Below, piece after piece: positions 11,772 through 23,552 of a stretch of DNA of 64,000 nt. The translations under genes were made by a program, and so were the position numbers. How positions within the stretch are numbered: the first letter of the stretch is position 1; every line of letters starts with the position of its first letter. The DNA comes from Pseudomonadota bacterium. GTDB taxonomy: Bacteria > Pseudomonadota > Alphaproteobacteria > Micavibrionales > UBA2020. Below the pieces are notes generated by a model. It worked only from the letters and a program-made list of their open reading frames with translations, searched no databases and was not told where the DNA came from. The stretch lies in NCBI GenBank assembly GCA_023444705.1, contig JAEXMB010000081.1, forward strand, positions 37-64,036, read 5' to 3'.

Positions 11772-12328
11772 AGCCCGCGCGAGGGACCCTGCGTGCGCGG
11801 CGGTGGCGGCAGGCGGTCGATCATCACCAGCAGTTTTTCACAGTGACGGTGATGCATTTCTGCCAATTGCGCCACATAGGCGCGTGTACCGCGGTCGACC
11901 ATGCGGTCCGCCGCCAGCGCGCGATTGATCACTGTCATGCTGGTATCAATATCGTGCATCACCGCTTCGGTCATGCGCCGCGCCAGAAAGAGAGCCTGCG
12001 CATGCGCTTCGTGGCAGGGCGTGACGGTGGAGATCAGCTCAAAGACAGGCGCGGTGACGCCAAGGGCGCTTGCCACCGGTGCGTTGCGCAGGCTCGCGCG
12101 GCTGATGGCGGTGGTGAGCAAGCCGTGAGGCTGTGTTCTGCCGCCCTCGTATAAATGCGACAGGCCCTGCGTCAGCAGCTCCCAGCTGGTGCGCTCTGCG
12201 GCGGTGTCGCTGGCGCCATCCCCGGCAGGAGCGACGATCACGCCACCCGTGCGCGGCGGGGTCTGGCGCTGTGCCATGACGACAAGATGGTATAGCGAGG
12301 CGTTGCGGTTTGGGTGCGTCATATTCAT
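11768..12328 (-). CDS. Hypothetical protein (186 aa)
   Basis: Longest ORF in this gap. It is convergent with hemW and overlaps it by 4 nt. No family recognised. The tail reads ...PPPRTQGPSRGL. Confidence 0.45.
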   Translation of the reverse strand: MNMTHPNRNASLYHLVVMAQRQTPPRTGGVIVAPAGDGASDTAAERTSWELLTQGLSHLYEGGRTQPHGLLTTAISRASLRNAPVASALGVTAPVFELISTVTPCHEAHAQALFLARRMTEAVMHDIDTSMTVINRALAADRMVDRGTRAYVAQLAEMHHRHCEKLLVMIDRLPPPPRTQGPSRGL

Positions 12329-12390
12329 CCACCCCAGTATAGCACAACCCCCTGCCGGCGGTCCGGCAGGGGGTTGATTGTGTTTTTATA

Positions 12391-14022
12391 TCAAGGGGTT
12401 GCTGGCGCGGGGGCTGCGGGTGCGCTGCCCTTGGGAATCATCGCTTTCATGTCGGCGCCGTTGAGCAGCACTTTGCCATCAGGCGTCAGCTCGAACGCAT
12501 AGGTGCGCTCGCTCTTGCCGTCCGCTGCCTTGGACAATTGGCCCGACAGCTGCATGATGATCAGCATCTGCGCATAGCCAGCCGCGCGCGGGTTGTTGGA
12601 GGTGCGCGACATTTCCTGCAGCTTGGCGATCAACTCGTCGATGCCTTTGAGCGTCAGTGTCGTCTTGCCCGCGAAGATATAGGGCGCACCGCTGGTGGCG
12701 GTGAGCGCACCGTTGAGCGTGGACGAAAGGTCGCTTGCGGTCGTATAAGTGTCGCTGATGGTGATGGTTGTGCCTGCCTTGGCCAGCAGTTCGGGCAGCG
12801 ATGCCACAGCCTGCTCCATATGCAGCTTGGCCTGTGCCTCGGCCGTGGCGCTGTTTCCGTCGGGGCCTGATTGTGCCTCGATCGCGCTGTTGATGGCGGT
12901 GCTGAAGTTGCTCATCGCCGATTTGAACGGCACGTTGGCGGCGGCAATGTTGAATGACGCTTCGGAAGGGATCAGGCCGAGCAAGGGGCCTTCATGCCCG
13001 GTCAGCGCCAGACCCGTCAGCGTGGTTTTCGACGTCAGCGCACCGGCATCGGTCTTGACGCCGTCAAAGGTACTGCTGCTGCCAAGGCGCGCCAGGCGCA
13101 CGCTGGTCGGCTGCGCGCCTGCGGTCGCTTTGGCGGCAGGCACGTCAAGCGCGAGGTTGGTCATGGTAAAGTTGCTGGTGCCGCTTTCGGGTACGGCGGT
13201 CATGCCGCCCATCGTCGCCTCGACCAGCTTTTGCAGTTCGCGCGCGGGTACGTCGCCGGTGTCCTGCATGCTCTGGCGCAGGTCGTCGCGCAGTTTTTTC
13301 GCGCCAGCCATATCGGCCTTGTTATAGGACACGGCGGCGATCATTTCGCCGATCGACAGCTTGCTGGCCTTGTTGTCGCCGAATTCAAGCAGGGCGTTGC
13401 GCACCGTGGTGGTTTGCGGTCCCGACCATGTATCGCCGTCGCGCGTCATGGCGATCTTGCTGGCGATGCTGCCAAGCGTGATGGTCACGGGGTCGGATTT
13501 CTTCTTGTCGGTGGGGTCGTCCTTGGGTGTGATGTTGGCGACGACGTTGTCATAGGCGGCGTCGGCCTGAACGAAGGCACCAAGGGCAGGGTTGAAGATG
13601 CCCGAGAATTTCTGGCTGCCGAGCGTGATGACCATGCGCTCGCCGCCGTCGTTGTCCTTCATCGTCATCTGGCTGGGCACGGCGATGCTGGCGCGGTAGT
13701 CGCCGTCGTCTTCGGGGGTGGCGTTGATCATCACAGTGCCAAGATCCATCGTCGCGCTGTCGTTGGTGATGGCGGCGCCGGGAATTTTGACTTCATAATA
13801 AGAGCCCTTGGGCGTGACCTCGACCGGGCCGGAAAGTGCCAGACCTTGCCCCGTCTTTTGCTTGAGGTCGATGTAAAAGCCGAGCGTTTCGTCGACCACG
13901 GCTTTCAGCGTTGCGGCACCGGCATCGTCAATCGCGGGTGCGGCGCGGGCGGGTGCCAGCGGCAGCAGGGTGGTGGCGGCAAAGGCTGCGACCATGAAAC
14001 CGCGGATGAAAAAAGAACGCAT
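12391..14022 (-). CDS. Exported protein of unknown function (about 543 aa, signal peptide)
   Basis: The internal start MRSFFIRGFMVAAFAATTLLPLAPARA-APA gives a classical Sec signal peptide. The track ORF extends to 14115, but those extra 31 codons look like a spurious extension. Confidence 0.7.
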   Translation of the reverse strand: MRSFFIRGFMVAAFAATTLLPLAPARAAPAIDDAGAATLKAVVDETLGFYIDLKQKTGQGLALSGPVEVTPKGSYYEVKIPGAAITNDSATMDLGTVMINATPEDDGDYRASIAVPSQMTMKDNDGGERMVITLGSQKFSGIFNPALGAFVQADAAYDNVVANITPKDDPTDKKKSDPVTITLGSIASKIAMTRDGDTWSGPQTTTVRNALLEFGDNKASKLSIGEMIAAVSYNKADMAGAKKLRDDLRQSMQDTGDVPARELQKLVEATMGGMTAVPESGTSNFTMTNLALDVPAAKATAGAQPTSVRLARLGSSSTFDGVKTDAGALTSKTTLTGLALTGHEGPLLGLIPSEASFNIAAANVPFKSAMSNFSTAINSAIEAQSGPDGNSATAEAQAKLHMEQAVASLPELLAKAGTTITISDTYTTASDLSSTLNGALTATSGAPYIFAGKTTLTLKGIDELIAKLQEMSRTSNNPRAAGYAQMLIIMQLSGQLSKAADGKSERTYAFELTPDGKVLLNGADMKAMIPKGSAPAAPAPATP

Positions 14023-14134
14023 GGCAAATATTCCCTGACAGTGAGCGATGGGCGGCCAAAAGCGGCCATAGCCCGTGCGGGCGTGAATAACGCCCCTCTC
14101 GACAGTGTGCAACAAAAAGCGTTAATAAACACTG

Positions 14135-14527
14135 ATGTCATTGAAAATGAATGCCCGATTCTGCCGTCTGGCGGCCTTGGCCGTTGCGATAATCCCCCTG
14201 CTGGTGACGGCGGGGGCAAAACCTGTGCAGGCGCAATACATGACGGGTGCCGATTTATCGCAAAGCTGTGCTGCCGACAGCGGGGCCAATGCCATCAACC
14301 GCTGCCTTGGCTATATCGCGGGGGTGATCGACTATCACGTCGTCATGCAGTCGCTGGGCACCAATCCGTCGACGGATTTCTGCCTTCCCAAGGGCTTGCT
14401 GGTCGAAGAAGCCGCCATCACCGTATTGGCATATCTCAAGAACAAGCCCGACCAGCAGGGATTTATCGCAGCACCCGCGGTCGCGCTGGCGCTCAACGCC
14501 GTCTATCCGTGCAAATCCGTGCGTTGA
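14135..14527 (+). CDS. Rap1a/Tai4-like small periplasmic protein (putative T6SS-amidase immunity family)
   Basis: It has a signal peptide (...LLVTAGAKPVQA). The family-like pattern follows: MTGADL..C......RCLGYIAGVIDY ... DFCLPKGLLVEEAAITVLAYLKNKPDQQ ... ALALNAVYPC. Confidence 0.65.
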   Translation: MSLKMNARFCRLAALAVAIIPLLVTAGAKPVQAQYMTGADLSQSCAADSGANAINRCLGYIAGVIDYHVVMQSLGTNPSTDFCLPKGLLVEEAAITVLAYLKNKPDQQGFIAAPAVALALNAVYPCKSVR

Positions 14528-14605
14528 CTTGACGCCGCGTGCGGCGCGACTATATCGACCGGATCACCGCAATCCTTTCCCTTTTTTCGTTGGAGAACAT
14601 CCGTC

Positions 14606-15652
14606 ATGGAATACCGTCAGCTGGGCCGCAGCGGCCTGAAAGTCCCCGTTCTGAGCCTTGGCACCGGCACCTTCGGCACCAATAACGAGTTTTTCAAGCG
14701 CTGGGGCGATACCGACGTCAAGGAAGCGGCCGACATGATCGACCTCTGCCTCGATCACGGCATGAATTTCTTTGATACTGCCGACATCTATTCGCAAGGG
14801 GGGTCTGAAAGCGTGCTGGGCGAGGCCTTGCAGAAAACCGCCGCCAAGGGCCAGCGCGACAAGGTGCTGATCTCGACCAAGGCGACGTTCCAGTTCGGCG
14901 AAGGGCCCAACAGTGCCGGATCCTCGCGCTATCGTTTGCTGAAGCAATGCGAGGACAGCCTCAAGCGTCTCAAGACCGACTACATCGACGTCTACTTTAT
15001 GCATGGTTTCGACGCGCTGACGCCGGTTGAAGAAACGCTCTCCACCCTTGAAACCCTCGTGCAGCAGGGCAAGGTGCGCTATATCGGCTGTTCGAACTTC
15101 TCGGGCTGGCATGCGATGAAGTCGCTGGCGACGTCGGACAAACACGGCTGGTCGCGCTATGTCAGCTATCAGGGCTATTACTCGCTGGTCGGGCGCGACT
15201 ATGAACACGAATTGATGCCGCTTGCGCTCGATCAGGGGCTTGGCACGATGGTCTGGAGCCCCCTTGGCTGGGGCCGCCTGACCGGCAAGATCCGCCGCGG
15301 GCAGAAACCGACCGAAGGCCGCATCGCACAGGGCGGCGACGTCGGCGGCCCGCAGGTCGAAGACGAATACCTTTATACCGTCATGGACGCGCTTGACGCG
15401 GTTGCGGCGCAAACCGGCAAGACCGTGCCGCAGGTGGCGCTCAACTGGTTGCTGACGCGCCCCTCCGTCGCCAACCTGGTCGTGGGTGCGCGCAATGCCG
15501 ATCAGCTCAAACAAAACCTCGGTGCTATCGGCTGGAGCCTGTCGCAGGAGCAGATCGATCTGCTCGACACCGCCAGCCACAAGCATCCGGCCTATCCCTA
15601 CTGGCACCAGATGGGCTTTGACGAACGCAACCCCAAGCCCGTAAAATGGTGA
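14606..15652 (+). CDS. Aldo/keto reductase
   Basis: [24 protein letters not shown]...[11 protein letters not shown]...[12 protein letters not shown]...[14 protein letters not shown]. Confidence 0.93.
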   Translation: MEYRQLGRSGLKVPVLSLGTGTFGTNNEFFKRWGDTDVKEAADMIDLCLDHGMNFFDTADIYSQGGSESVLGEALQKTAAKGQRDKVLISTKATFQFGEGPNSAGSSRYRLLKQCEDSLKRLKTDYIDVYFMHGFDALTPVEETLSTLETLVQQGKVRYIGCSNFSGWHAMKSLATSDKHGWSRYVSYQGYYSLVGRDYEHELMPLALDQGLGTMVWSPLGWGRLTGKIRRGQKPTEGRIAQGGDVGGPQVEDEYLYTVMDALDAVAAQTGKTVPQVALNWLLTRPSVANLVVGARNADQLKQNLGAIGWSLSQEQIDLLDTASHKHPAYPYWHQMGFDERNPKPVKW

Positions 15653-15653
15653 A

Positions 15654-17681
15654 ATGACGATAGCGAAATCCGGATTTCAGCTCACGACAGAATATAAACC
15701 CGCCGGCGACCAGCCGCGCGCGATCGGCGAGCTGTTATCCGGCATTCGCGAGGGCGAGAAAGATCAGGTGCTGCTGGGCGTGACGGGGTCGGGCAAGACC
15801 TTCACCGTTGCCCACCTGATACAGGAAACGCAGCGCCCGACGCTGATCCTCGCACCCAACAAGACGCTGGCGGCACAGCTGTTCGGCGAAATGCGCGAGT
15901 TTTTTCCCAATAACGCGGTCGAATACTTCGTGTCGTTCTACGACTACTACCAGCCCGAAGCTTACATTCCGCGCACCGACACCTACATCGAAAAAGATTC
16001 GACGATCAACGAGCAGATCGACCGCATGCGCCACTCCGCCACGCGCGCGTTGCTGGAACGCCGCGACACCATCGTGGTCGCCAGCGTGTCTTGCATCTAC
16101 GGTATCGGCGATGTCGAGACCTATCAGTCGATGGCCTTTCCCGTCAAGGTCGGCCAGACCATCGAGCGCAACCACCTGCTGCAATTGCTGGTCGAAATCC
16201 AGTACAAGCGCAACGACATCGATTTTTCCCGCGGCAATTTCCGCGTGCGCGGCGACATCGTAGAAATCTTTCCCGCCCACCTGGATGACCGTGCGTGGCG
16301 CATCTCGTTCTTTGGCGACGAGATCGAAAGCATCACCGAAATCGACAGCCTGACCGCGCAAAAGACCGCGCAGCTTGACGAGGTGACGATCTACGCCAAC
16401 AGCCACTATGTGACGCCCAAGCCGACACTGGCGCAGGCGGTCAAGCAGATCAAGGTCGACCTGCATGCGCGGCTGGAAGAACTGCGGCGCGAGAACAAGC
16501 TGCTGGAAGAACAGCGCCTTGCCCAGCGCACGCAATTCGACCTTGAGATGATCGAGGCGACGGGCGTTTGCCCCGGTATTGAAAACTACTCGCGCTACCT
16601 GACGGGCCGCGCGCCCGGCGAAGCGCCGCCGACGCTGTTTGAATACCTGCCCGACGACGCGCTGCTGATCGTCGATGAAAGCCACGTCATGGTGCCGCAG
16701 ATCAGGGGCATGTATCTGGGCGACCGCGCGCGCAAGACCACGCTGGTCGACTATGGCTTTCGGGTGCCCGCAGCACTCGACAACCGCCCGCTGAAGTTCG
16801 AGGAATGGGAAAAACTGCGCCCGCAAACGGTATTTGTTTCCGCGACACCCGCCGACTGGGAACTGGAGCAGACCGGCGGCGTGTTTGTGGAACAGGTCGT
16901 GCGCCCCACGGGCCTGACCGACCCCGAAGTGATCGTGCGCCCGACCGAGCATCAGGTCGACGACCTGCTGGCCGAGTGCAAGCAGCTGGCCGCCAAGGGG
17001 CAGCGCGCGCTGGTGACAGTGCTGACCAAAAAGATGGCCGAAGACCTCACCGATTACATGACCGAGGCCGGCATCAAGGTGCGCTATGTGCATTCCGATG
17101 TCGACACCATCGAGCGTATCGAGATCATCCGCGACCTGCGCCTTGGTGTCTTTGACGTGCTGGTGGGCATCAACCTGCTGCGCGAGGGGCTCGACATCCC
17201 CGAATGCGCGCTGGTGGCTATTCTCGATGCCGACAAGGAAGGGTATCTGCGTTCGCGCACGTCGTTGATCCAGACCATCGGGCGCGCGGCGCGCAACGTC
17301 GAAGGCCGCGCGATTTTATACGCCGACAAAATGACCAAGAGCCTGCAGGCCGCGATTGAAGAAACATCGCGCCGCCGCGAAAAGCAGTTGCTCTACAACA
17401 AGGAACACGGCATCACGCCTGAAAGCGTCAAGCGCAAGATTTCCGACCTGCTGGAAAGCGTGTTTGAAAAGGGCGACCGTGTGGTGGTGTCGACCGGCGA
17501 CGACGCAACGCCGCATCTGGTGGGCAAGGACCTCAAGACCCATATGGCAGGCCTTGAAAAACGCATGAAGGCCGCCGCCGCCAACCTTGAATTCGAGGAA
17601 GCCGCGCGTCTGCGCGACGAACTCAAGCGTCTGCAACAGGCAGACCTTGCCAGCCGTGAAGGTGCTATTGCCGAGGTATGA
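15654..17681 (+). CDS. uvrB: Excinuclease ABC subunit B
   Basis: Walker [11 protein letters not shown], then [11 protein letters not shown], helicase motifs, and the C-terminal UVR domain [16 protein letters not shown]. Confidence 0.97.
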   Translation: MTIAKSGFQLTTEYKPAGDQPRAIGELLSGIREGEKDQVLLGVTGSGKTFTVAHLIQETQRPTLILAPNKTLAAQLFGEMREFFPNNAVEYFVSFYDYYQPEAYIPRTDTYIEKDSTINEQIDRMRHSATRALLERRDTIVVASVSCIYGIGDVETYQSMAFPVKVGQTIERNHLLQLLVEIQYKRNDIDFSRGNFRVRGDIVEIFPAHLDDRAWRISFFGDEIESITEIDSLTAQKTAQLDEVTIYANSHYVTPKPTLAQAVKQIKVDLHARLEELRRENKLLEEQRLAQRTQFDLEMIEATGVCPGIENYSRYLTGRAPGEAPPTLFEYLPDDALLIVDESHVMVPQIRGMYLGDRARKTTLVDYGFRVPAALDNRPLKFEEWEKLRPQTVFVSATPADWELEQTGGVFVEQVVRPTGLTDPEVIVRPTEHQVDDLLAECKQLAAKGQRALVTVLTKKMAEDLTDYMTEAGIKVRYVHSDVDTIERIEIIRDLRLGVFDVLVGINLLREGLDIPECALVAILDADKEGYLRSRTSLIQTIGRAARNVEGRAILYADKMTKSLQAAIEETSRRREKQLLYNKEHGITPESVKRKISDLLESVFEKGDRVVVSTGDDATPHLVGKDLKTHMAGLEKRMKAAAANLEFEEAARLRDELKRLQQADLASREGAIAEV

Positions 17682-18278
17682 TTAAGCCGAAGGGCCTTTG
17701 CCGCCGCGACCGCGCTTGGGGGCGGGGGTTGCGGGTTTTTCCTCGGTAAACAGGTCGGTCGATTTCGCCTTGCGCAGGAATTCGCTCAGGCGGGTCAGTT
17801 CGTCCTGGCTGCGGCCGACGATCTGCTTGAAGAACGACAGTACTTCCTTGGGATTTTTGGGCACGCTGACTGCGGTCATTTCCATCGCCAGTACGTCCTG
17901 AATTTCGGGGTGGGAGAACAGCTTGCGCGTCCACTCCAGCGTTTCCTTGATGTCCTTGGCGTATTTGCCGCCGTTGCGCGCTTCGGATGCCTTGATGATG
18001 TCTTCCAGCACCTCGATGTCGCTGCGGCCCATGTAGCTGACGCCGAGCTTGTGCGCGGTGACGAGCGTCAGGATCTTGACCTCTGCAATCAGCGGCAGCA
18101 CGTCATAGGCGGTGAAGAAAGCGCCCTTGTTGGGATCGGACAACGCCTGTTTTTGTTTTTTCAGCGCATCGCCCAGATCGCGTGTCAGCAGGTCGGGGTT
18201 ATTGGCATGCAGGACCTTGTGGCCATGATCCTTGGCAAGCTTGGCGAACATAACGGCGAGTCTGAACTGGGGAAGCAT
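17682..18278 (-). CDS. Hypothetical protein (198 aa), basic Gly/Pro C-terminal tail
   Basis: ORF co-oriented with and 87 nt downstream of the 972-aa gene. Its stop abuts the uvrB stop. No family recognised. The tail reads ...PAPKRGRGGKGPSA. Confidence 0.6.
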   Translation of the reverse strand: MLPQFRLAVMFAKLAKDHGHKVLHANNPDLLTRDLGDALKKQKQALSDPNKGAFFTAYDVLPLIAEVKILTLVTAHKLGVSYMGRSDIEVLEDIIKASEARNGGKYAKDIKETLEWTRKLFSHPEIQDVLAMEMTAVSVPKNPKEVLSFFKQIVGRSQDELTRLSEFLRKAKSTDLFTEEKPATPAPKRGRGGKGPSA

Positions 18279-18365
18279 TGGGGCGTACTCCGTGTCTATA
18301 TCTGTGTGTGTGGTTTATTTTTAACATAAGTCTTGCGCGCGAGTCAAAGGGGCAAAACCGTTGCT

Positions 18366-21284
18366 TTACTTGGGTTTTGCCGCCTTCGCGGGCGCATTTT
18401 TTTCGGGTTTTTGCCAGATGATGTATTGGGCTTTCGAATCACGGTAGCCGGAATAGTCACGTGGCTGGGCGGGTTCTCGTTGCTGTTCGGGTTTTTGCGC
18501 TGGCACTGCGGTGGCGTACATCGCGTAGCCGTGGATGGGTTGCTGTGCGGCGGCACGTGGATAGAGTTTGCCAAAAGACGATGGCGTTTCGCCGCTGGTA
18601 CCGATCATGAAGGCGGTGATGCCGTGCTGCGCCTTGCGCGCGCCGATCTGCCTGACCACCTGCGTGACCAGATCCTGCCATTGCTGCGGCGACACGCGGC
18701 CCTTGAGCATTTCAAGGCTGTCAAAAACCAGTTCGCCCTTTTCGCCACGCCACGCCCATGTCTGGCCGATGATCTCGCCTTTGTCTGTTTCCACGACGTA
18801 GAAGCCGCCATTGGGTGAGGTGAAGCCGTGCGTGGCGCACTTCGCGCCGGCGCCGCCAATCGACTGGCAGCAATCGGTCAGCTCGCCCATGAACAGTCCG
18901 CGGATATCGCCGCTGTCAAGCAGGCGAAAACGCGCGTTGGGCAAGCCGAAATCCTTGCCCGCGATGTTCAGCGCAGGCAGGTTTTTTTCATGCACAGGCG
19001 TGCGCGCGACAATGTCGAGTGCGGCGTTAAAGTTGGCTTCCGATACGCTGTGTTTGTGGCACAGTGCGGCCAGTTCGCTGTGTTCGCCGCCGCGCGCATA
19101 GACGTATTGTGCCGCGATCTCGCGCGTTTTGGCCAGCGACCAGCTGGTGCCGTCGTCGCTGCGCGCGGGCGAAGGGATGCTCTTGCAGAACTTGACCAGC
19201 TTGGCCATTTCGGGACCGTGGCGCAGTATGGCGTCACCCCAGTCGTTGAGGTTGACGCCGCTCAGGTCGCCTTTGGGCAGCTCGGCTTTTTGCAACAGGT
19301 TGTGCAGCGGCTGGCGGCTTTTGGCGTCGCCCCATTTTTGCAGGTATTGCAAGATGCGTTCTTCGCTCTGCAACAGTGCGGCCGCACGATAGGCGAAGAT
19401 GTTGGCTGCCGCACCGCTGTATTCTTCCGTCTTCATGATGTCAACGACGCTGGCAAGCAGCGGTGCCTTGAAGGGCGCGGGATCGTAAGATGGCAAGCCC
19501 CGGGGCGGCAGGGTGCGGGTTACGCGTTGCCAGTTGTCGTAGGCGCCGCGCTGTTCTGCCAACAGGGCGCGTTGTACGTCGTTCAGCACCGCAGGGTCGG
19601 CGCCGTATTTGACCAGCAGATAGGCGGGATAAGCATATTCTTCGCCCTCAGCAAGCCGCGCGGCGACCCTTTGCAATGCCTTGTTTTTGTCATCCTGCGG
19701 GCAAGGGCCCGAGAGGACCAGCGGCACGGCGCTGTGGCAATCATGTTTGTGGACGCGCATGATTTCCCCGCGCTGTTCTTCGCTGAGCTGCGTCAGGTCC
19801 ATGCAATTCAGCAACCGCGACAGGGCGCGCGGCTGCGTGCTGTAGATATCTTCGCGCACCAGTGTCTTGAAAACGGGTACGTGGGCAAAATAGCGGTGTT
19901 CGGACAGGGCTTGCAACAAAGGTGCGGGGGCCGTCGCGTTCGCTTCTTTGTATTTGCACGAAGCTCTGACCACAAGTTCCGCAAAGATTGCCTTGAGGTC
20001 GTCGTCTGGAAAGCAGGCAAGGAAGGCGCGTGCGCTGTCGATACTCATGAAATTGATACTGACCTGTTCAAGGTCGATCTTGCGTGCCCAGCCCGGTTCA
20101 AGCTTTTGTGCGATCAGGTCAATCACATCAGCGCGCATGCTGGGGGCGTAGCCCAGCAGCAGCTTGTCCCATGCGGTAGCGGTGAAAACAGGATGTTCGA
20201 ACAGGTCTTTCAGCGACTGTGCGGGCAATGCTGTAGCAAACTGCTTGGCCGCTTCATAGCGGTGTTGCGTCTTGATTGTCTGCGCGCAATCAGGTCCCAG
20301 CCGCGACATCGCCTTGTGCAAGAGATCTTCTTTTTTGGTCAGGCGCATCGCAACGCCCAACCACTGTTCATCCTCCAGCGGTAACGAGGGCATGTCGAGC
20401 AACGCGTGCAGTGCTGGTGCGCTCATACCGCGTGAAGAAACGAGGTTCATGACCAGATGGCTTGCCATGCGTCTGTCGTGCCAGCGTTGTGTGCGCATTA
20501 ACTGCAACAAAAAGCCTTCGCTTTTTGGCAGGTTGGATAAGGCGGGATACAGCACACTGTAGGAGAAGTGTTCCATTTCGTACCTGTCGCCGAAATGGCC
20601 GGGCAGATCATGCAGCAAATCGGTCAGCAGGTCGAATTTATTCATTTTGGCAAGGCTGCCAAGAAAATGTAAGGCAAGGCGTGCGGGTGCATCTTCGAGG
20701 AAGCTGCGTACCATGTCCAACTGCTTGCGTGCGTCGGGTTCGCGCAGTGCTTGGTAGGCGCGTTCCTGCAGATTGCGGTGGCGTGCCATATCGTCGGCGT
20801 GGCGGCTCATCATTGCGTGCTGATGACGTGCCTCGCGTGGCGTAATATGGCGATCCATTTCGTAAGCCATACGGTCCATCTCGTACATATCGCGCGCATA
20901 CCAGCCCATTGGCGGGAATGCCGCGCGCATGCCGAATTCGTCGGTGACGGCGTTATAATCGCCGTAATCGCGTTGTGGCCGTGGCGCGCTTGGTGGCCGG
21001 TTGTCGGCGATCCATTTGGTGTAGCGTTCATGCAGGGTCAGCGGGGCGGCGGCCTGGGCGAAAATTTCCTTGAGGGCGGCGGGGCCGCGCTGTGCGGCGG
21101 CGATCAGTGCGGCAACGCTGGTGTCCTCGCCGCGCTGGTCCATGCGCACGGCATAGCCGGGCAGCAAGGTGGCGATGCGCGCCGCCAGTTGGGCATCCTG
21201 CGCGCGCAATTGCGCAAGGGCTGCCTGTGCGTTCAGCACGGGTTGCGGGGTTTGGCGCGGCTTGGGTTCGTTTGTATCGGACAT
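18366..21284 (-). CDS. Large hypothetical protein (972 aa) with a Cys-containing C-terminal domain of unknown family
   Basis: Uninterrupted 2.9-kb ORF. The N-terminal region carries the short repeat MYEMDRMAYEMDRH. The C-terminal ~170 aa read GELTDCCQSIGGAGAKCATHGF...GFYVVETDKGEIIGQTWAWRGEKGELVFDSLE. The tail is basic: ...KPEKNAPAKAAKPK. I see no Walker A, HExxH or other motif I can name. Confidence 0.75.
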   Translation of the reverse strand: MSDTNEPKPRQTPQPVLNAQAALAQLRAQDAQLAARIATLLPGYAVRMDQRGEDTSVAALIAAAQRGPAALKEIFAQAAAPLTLHERYTKWIADNRPPSAPRPQRDYGDYNAVTDEFGMRAAFPPMGWYARDMYEMDRMAYEMDRHITPREARHQHAMMSRHADDMARHRNLQERAYQALREPDARKQLDMVRSFLEDAPARLALHFLGSLAKMNKFDLLTDLLHDLPGHFGDRYEMEHFSYSVLYPALSNLPKSEGFLLQLMRTQRWHDRRMASHLVMNLVSSRGMSAPALHALLDMPSLPLEDEQWLGVAMRLTKKEDLLHKAMSRLGPDCAQTIKTQHRYEAAKQFATALPAQSLKDLFEHPVFTATAWDKLLLGYAPSMRADVIDLIAQKLEPGWARKIDLEQVSINFMSIDSARAFLACFPDDDLKAIFAELVVRASCKYKEANATAPAPLLQALSEHRYFAHVPVFKTLVREDIYSTQPRALSRLLNCMDLTQLSEEQRGEIMRVHKHDCHSAVPLVLSGPCPQDDKNKALQRVAARLAEGEEYAYPAYLLVKYGADPAVLNDVQRALLAEQRGAYDNWQRVTRTLPPRGLPSYDPAPFKAPLLASVVDIMKTEEYSGAAANIFAYRAAALLQSEERILQYLQKWGDAKSRQPLHNLLQKAELPKGDLSGVNLNDWGDAILRHGPEMAKLVKFCKSIPSPARSDDGTSWSLAKTREIAAQYVYARGGEHSELAALCHKHSVSEANFNAALDIVARTPVHEKNLPALNIAGKDFGLPNARFRLLDSGDIRGLFMGELTDCCQSIGGAGAKCATHGFTSPNGGFYVVETDKGEIIGQTWAWRGEKGELVFDSLEMLKGRVSPQQWQDLVTQVVRQIGARKAQHGITAFMIGTSGETPSSFGKLYPRAAAQQPIHGYAMYATAVPAQKPEQQREPAQPRDYSGYRDSKAQYIIWQKPEKNAPAKAAKPK

Positions 21285-21485
21285 GGAGAGGATTTTAAAG
21301 GATTCTTGCGTTATGTCAATTTATATTATTCATAACATATCAATATCTTAGCACGGCCGTATTGCGATGAAGGAGGCAGGCGAAAAAACCGGCCATCGGG
21401 CGATCTCAACACCAATCATACTGTTTTCAGAAGCGATATTTTTGGTCTAGAATCGTCGACGGGTTTTCAGGGGGAGTTTCTTTTC

Positions 21486-23540
<2,055 letters not shown>

Positions 23541-23552
23541 GTCAGGATTATT

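Noticed and set aside
12994-14532. 512-aa ORF on the + strand spanning two genes
   Set aside because: It overlaps the exported-protein gene (minus strand) and reads out of frame through the Rap1a-like gene. It has Arg/Gly/Ala-rich shadow composition and no signal or motifs.
15735-17093. 452-aa ORF on the minus strand
   Set aside because: It lies entirely inside uvrB on the opposite strand and is a shadow ORF.
21348-21354. TTAGCAC, a half-site of the CIRCE (HrcA) operator
   Set aside because: No matching GTGCTAA half-site lies 9 nt away, and it is not upstream of a chaperone gene. I also found no CIRCE near hrcA, grpE or dnaK in this window.
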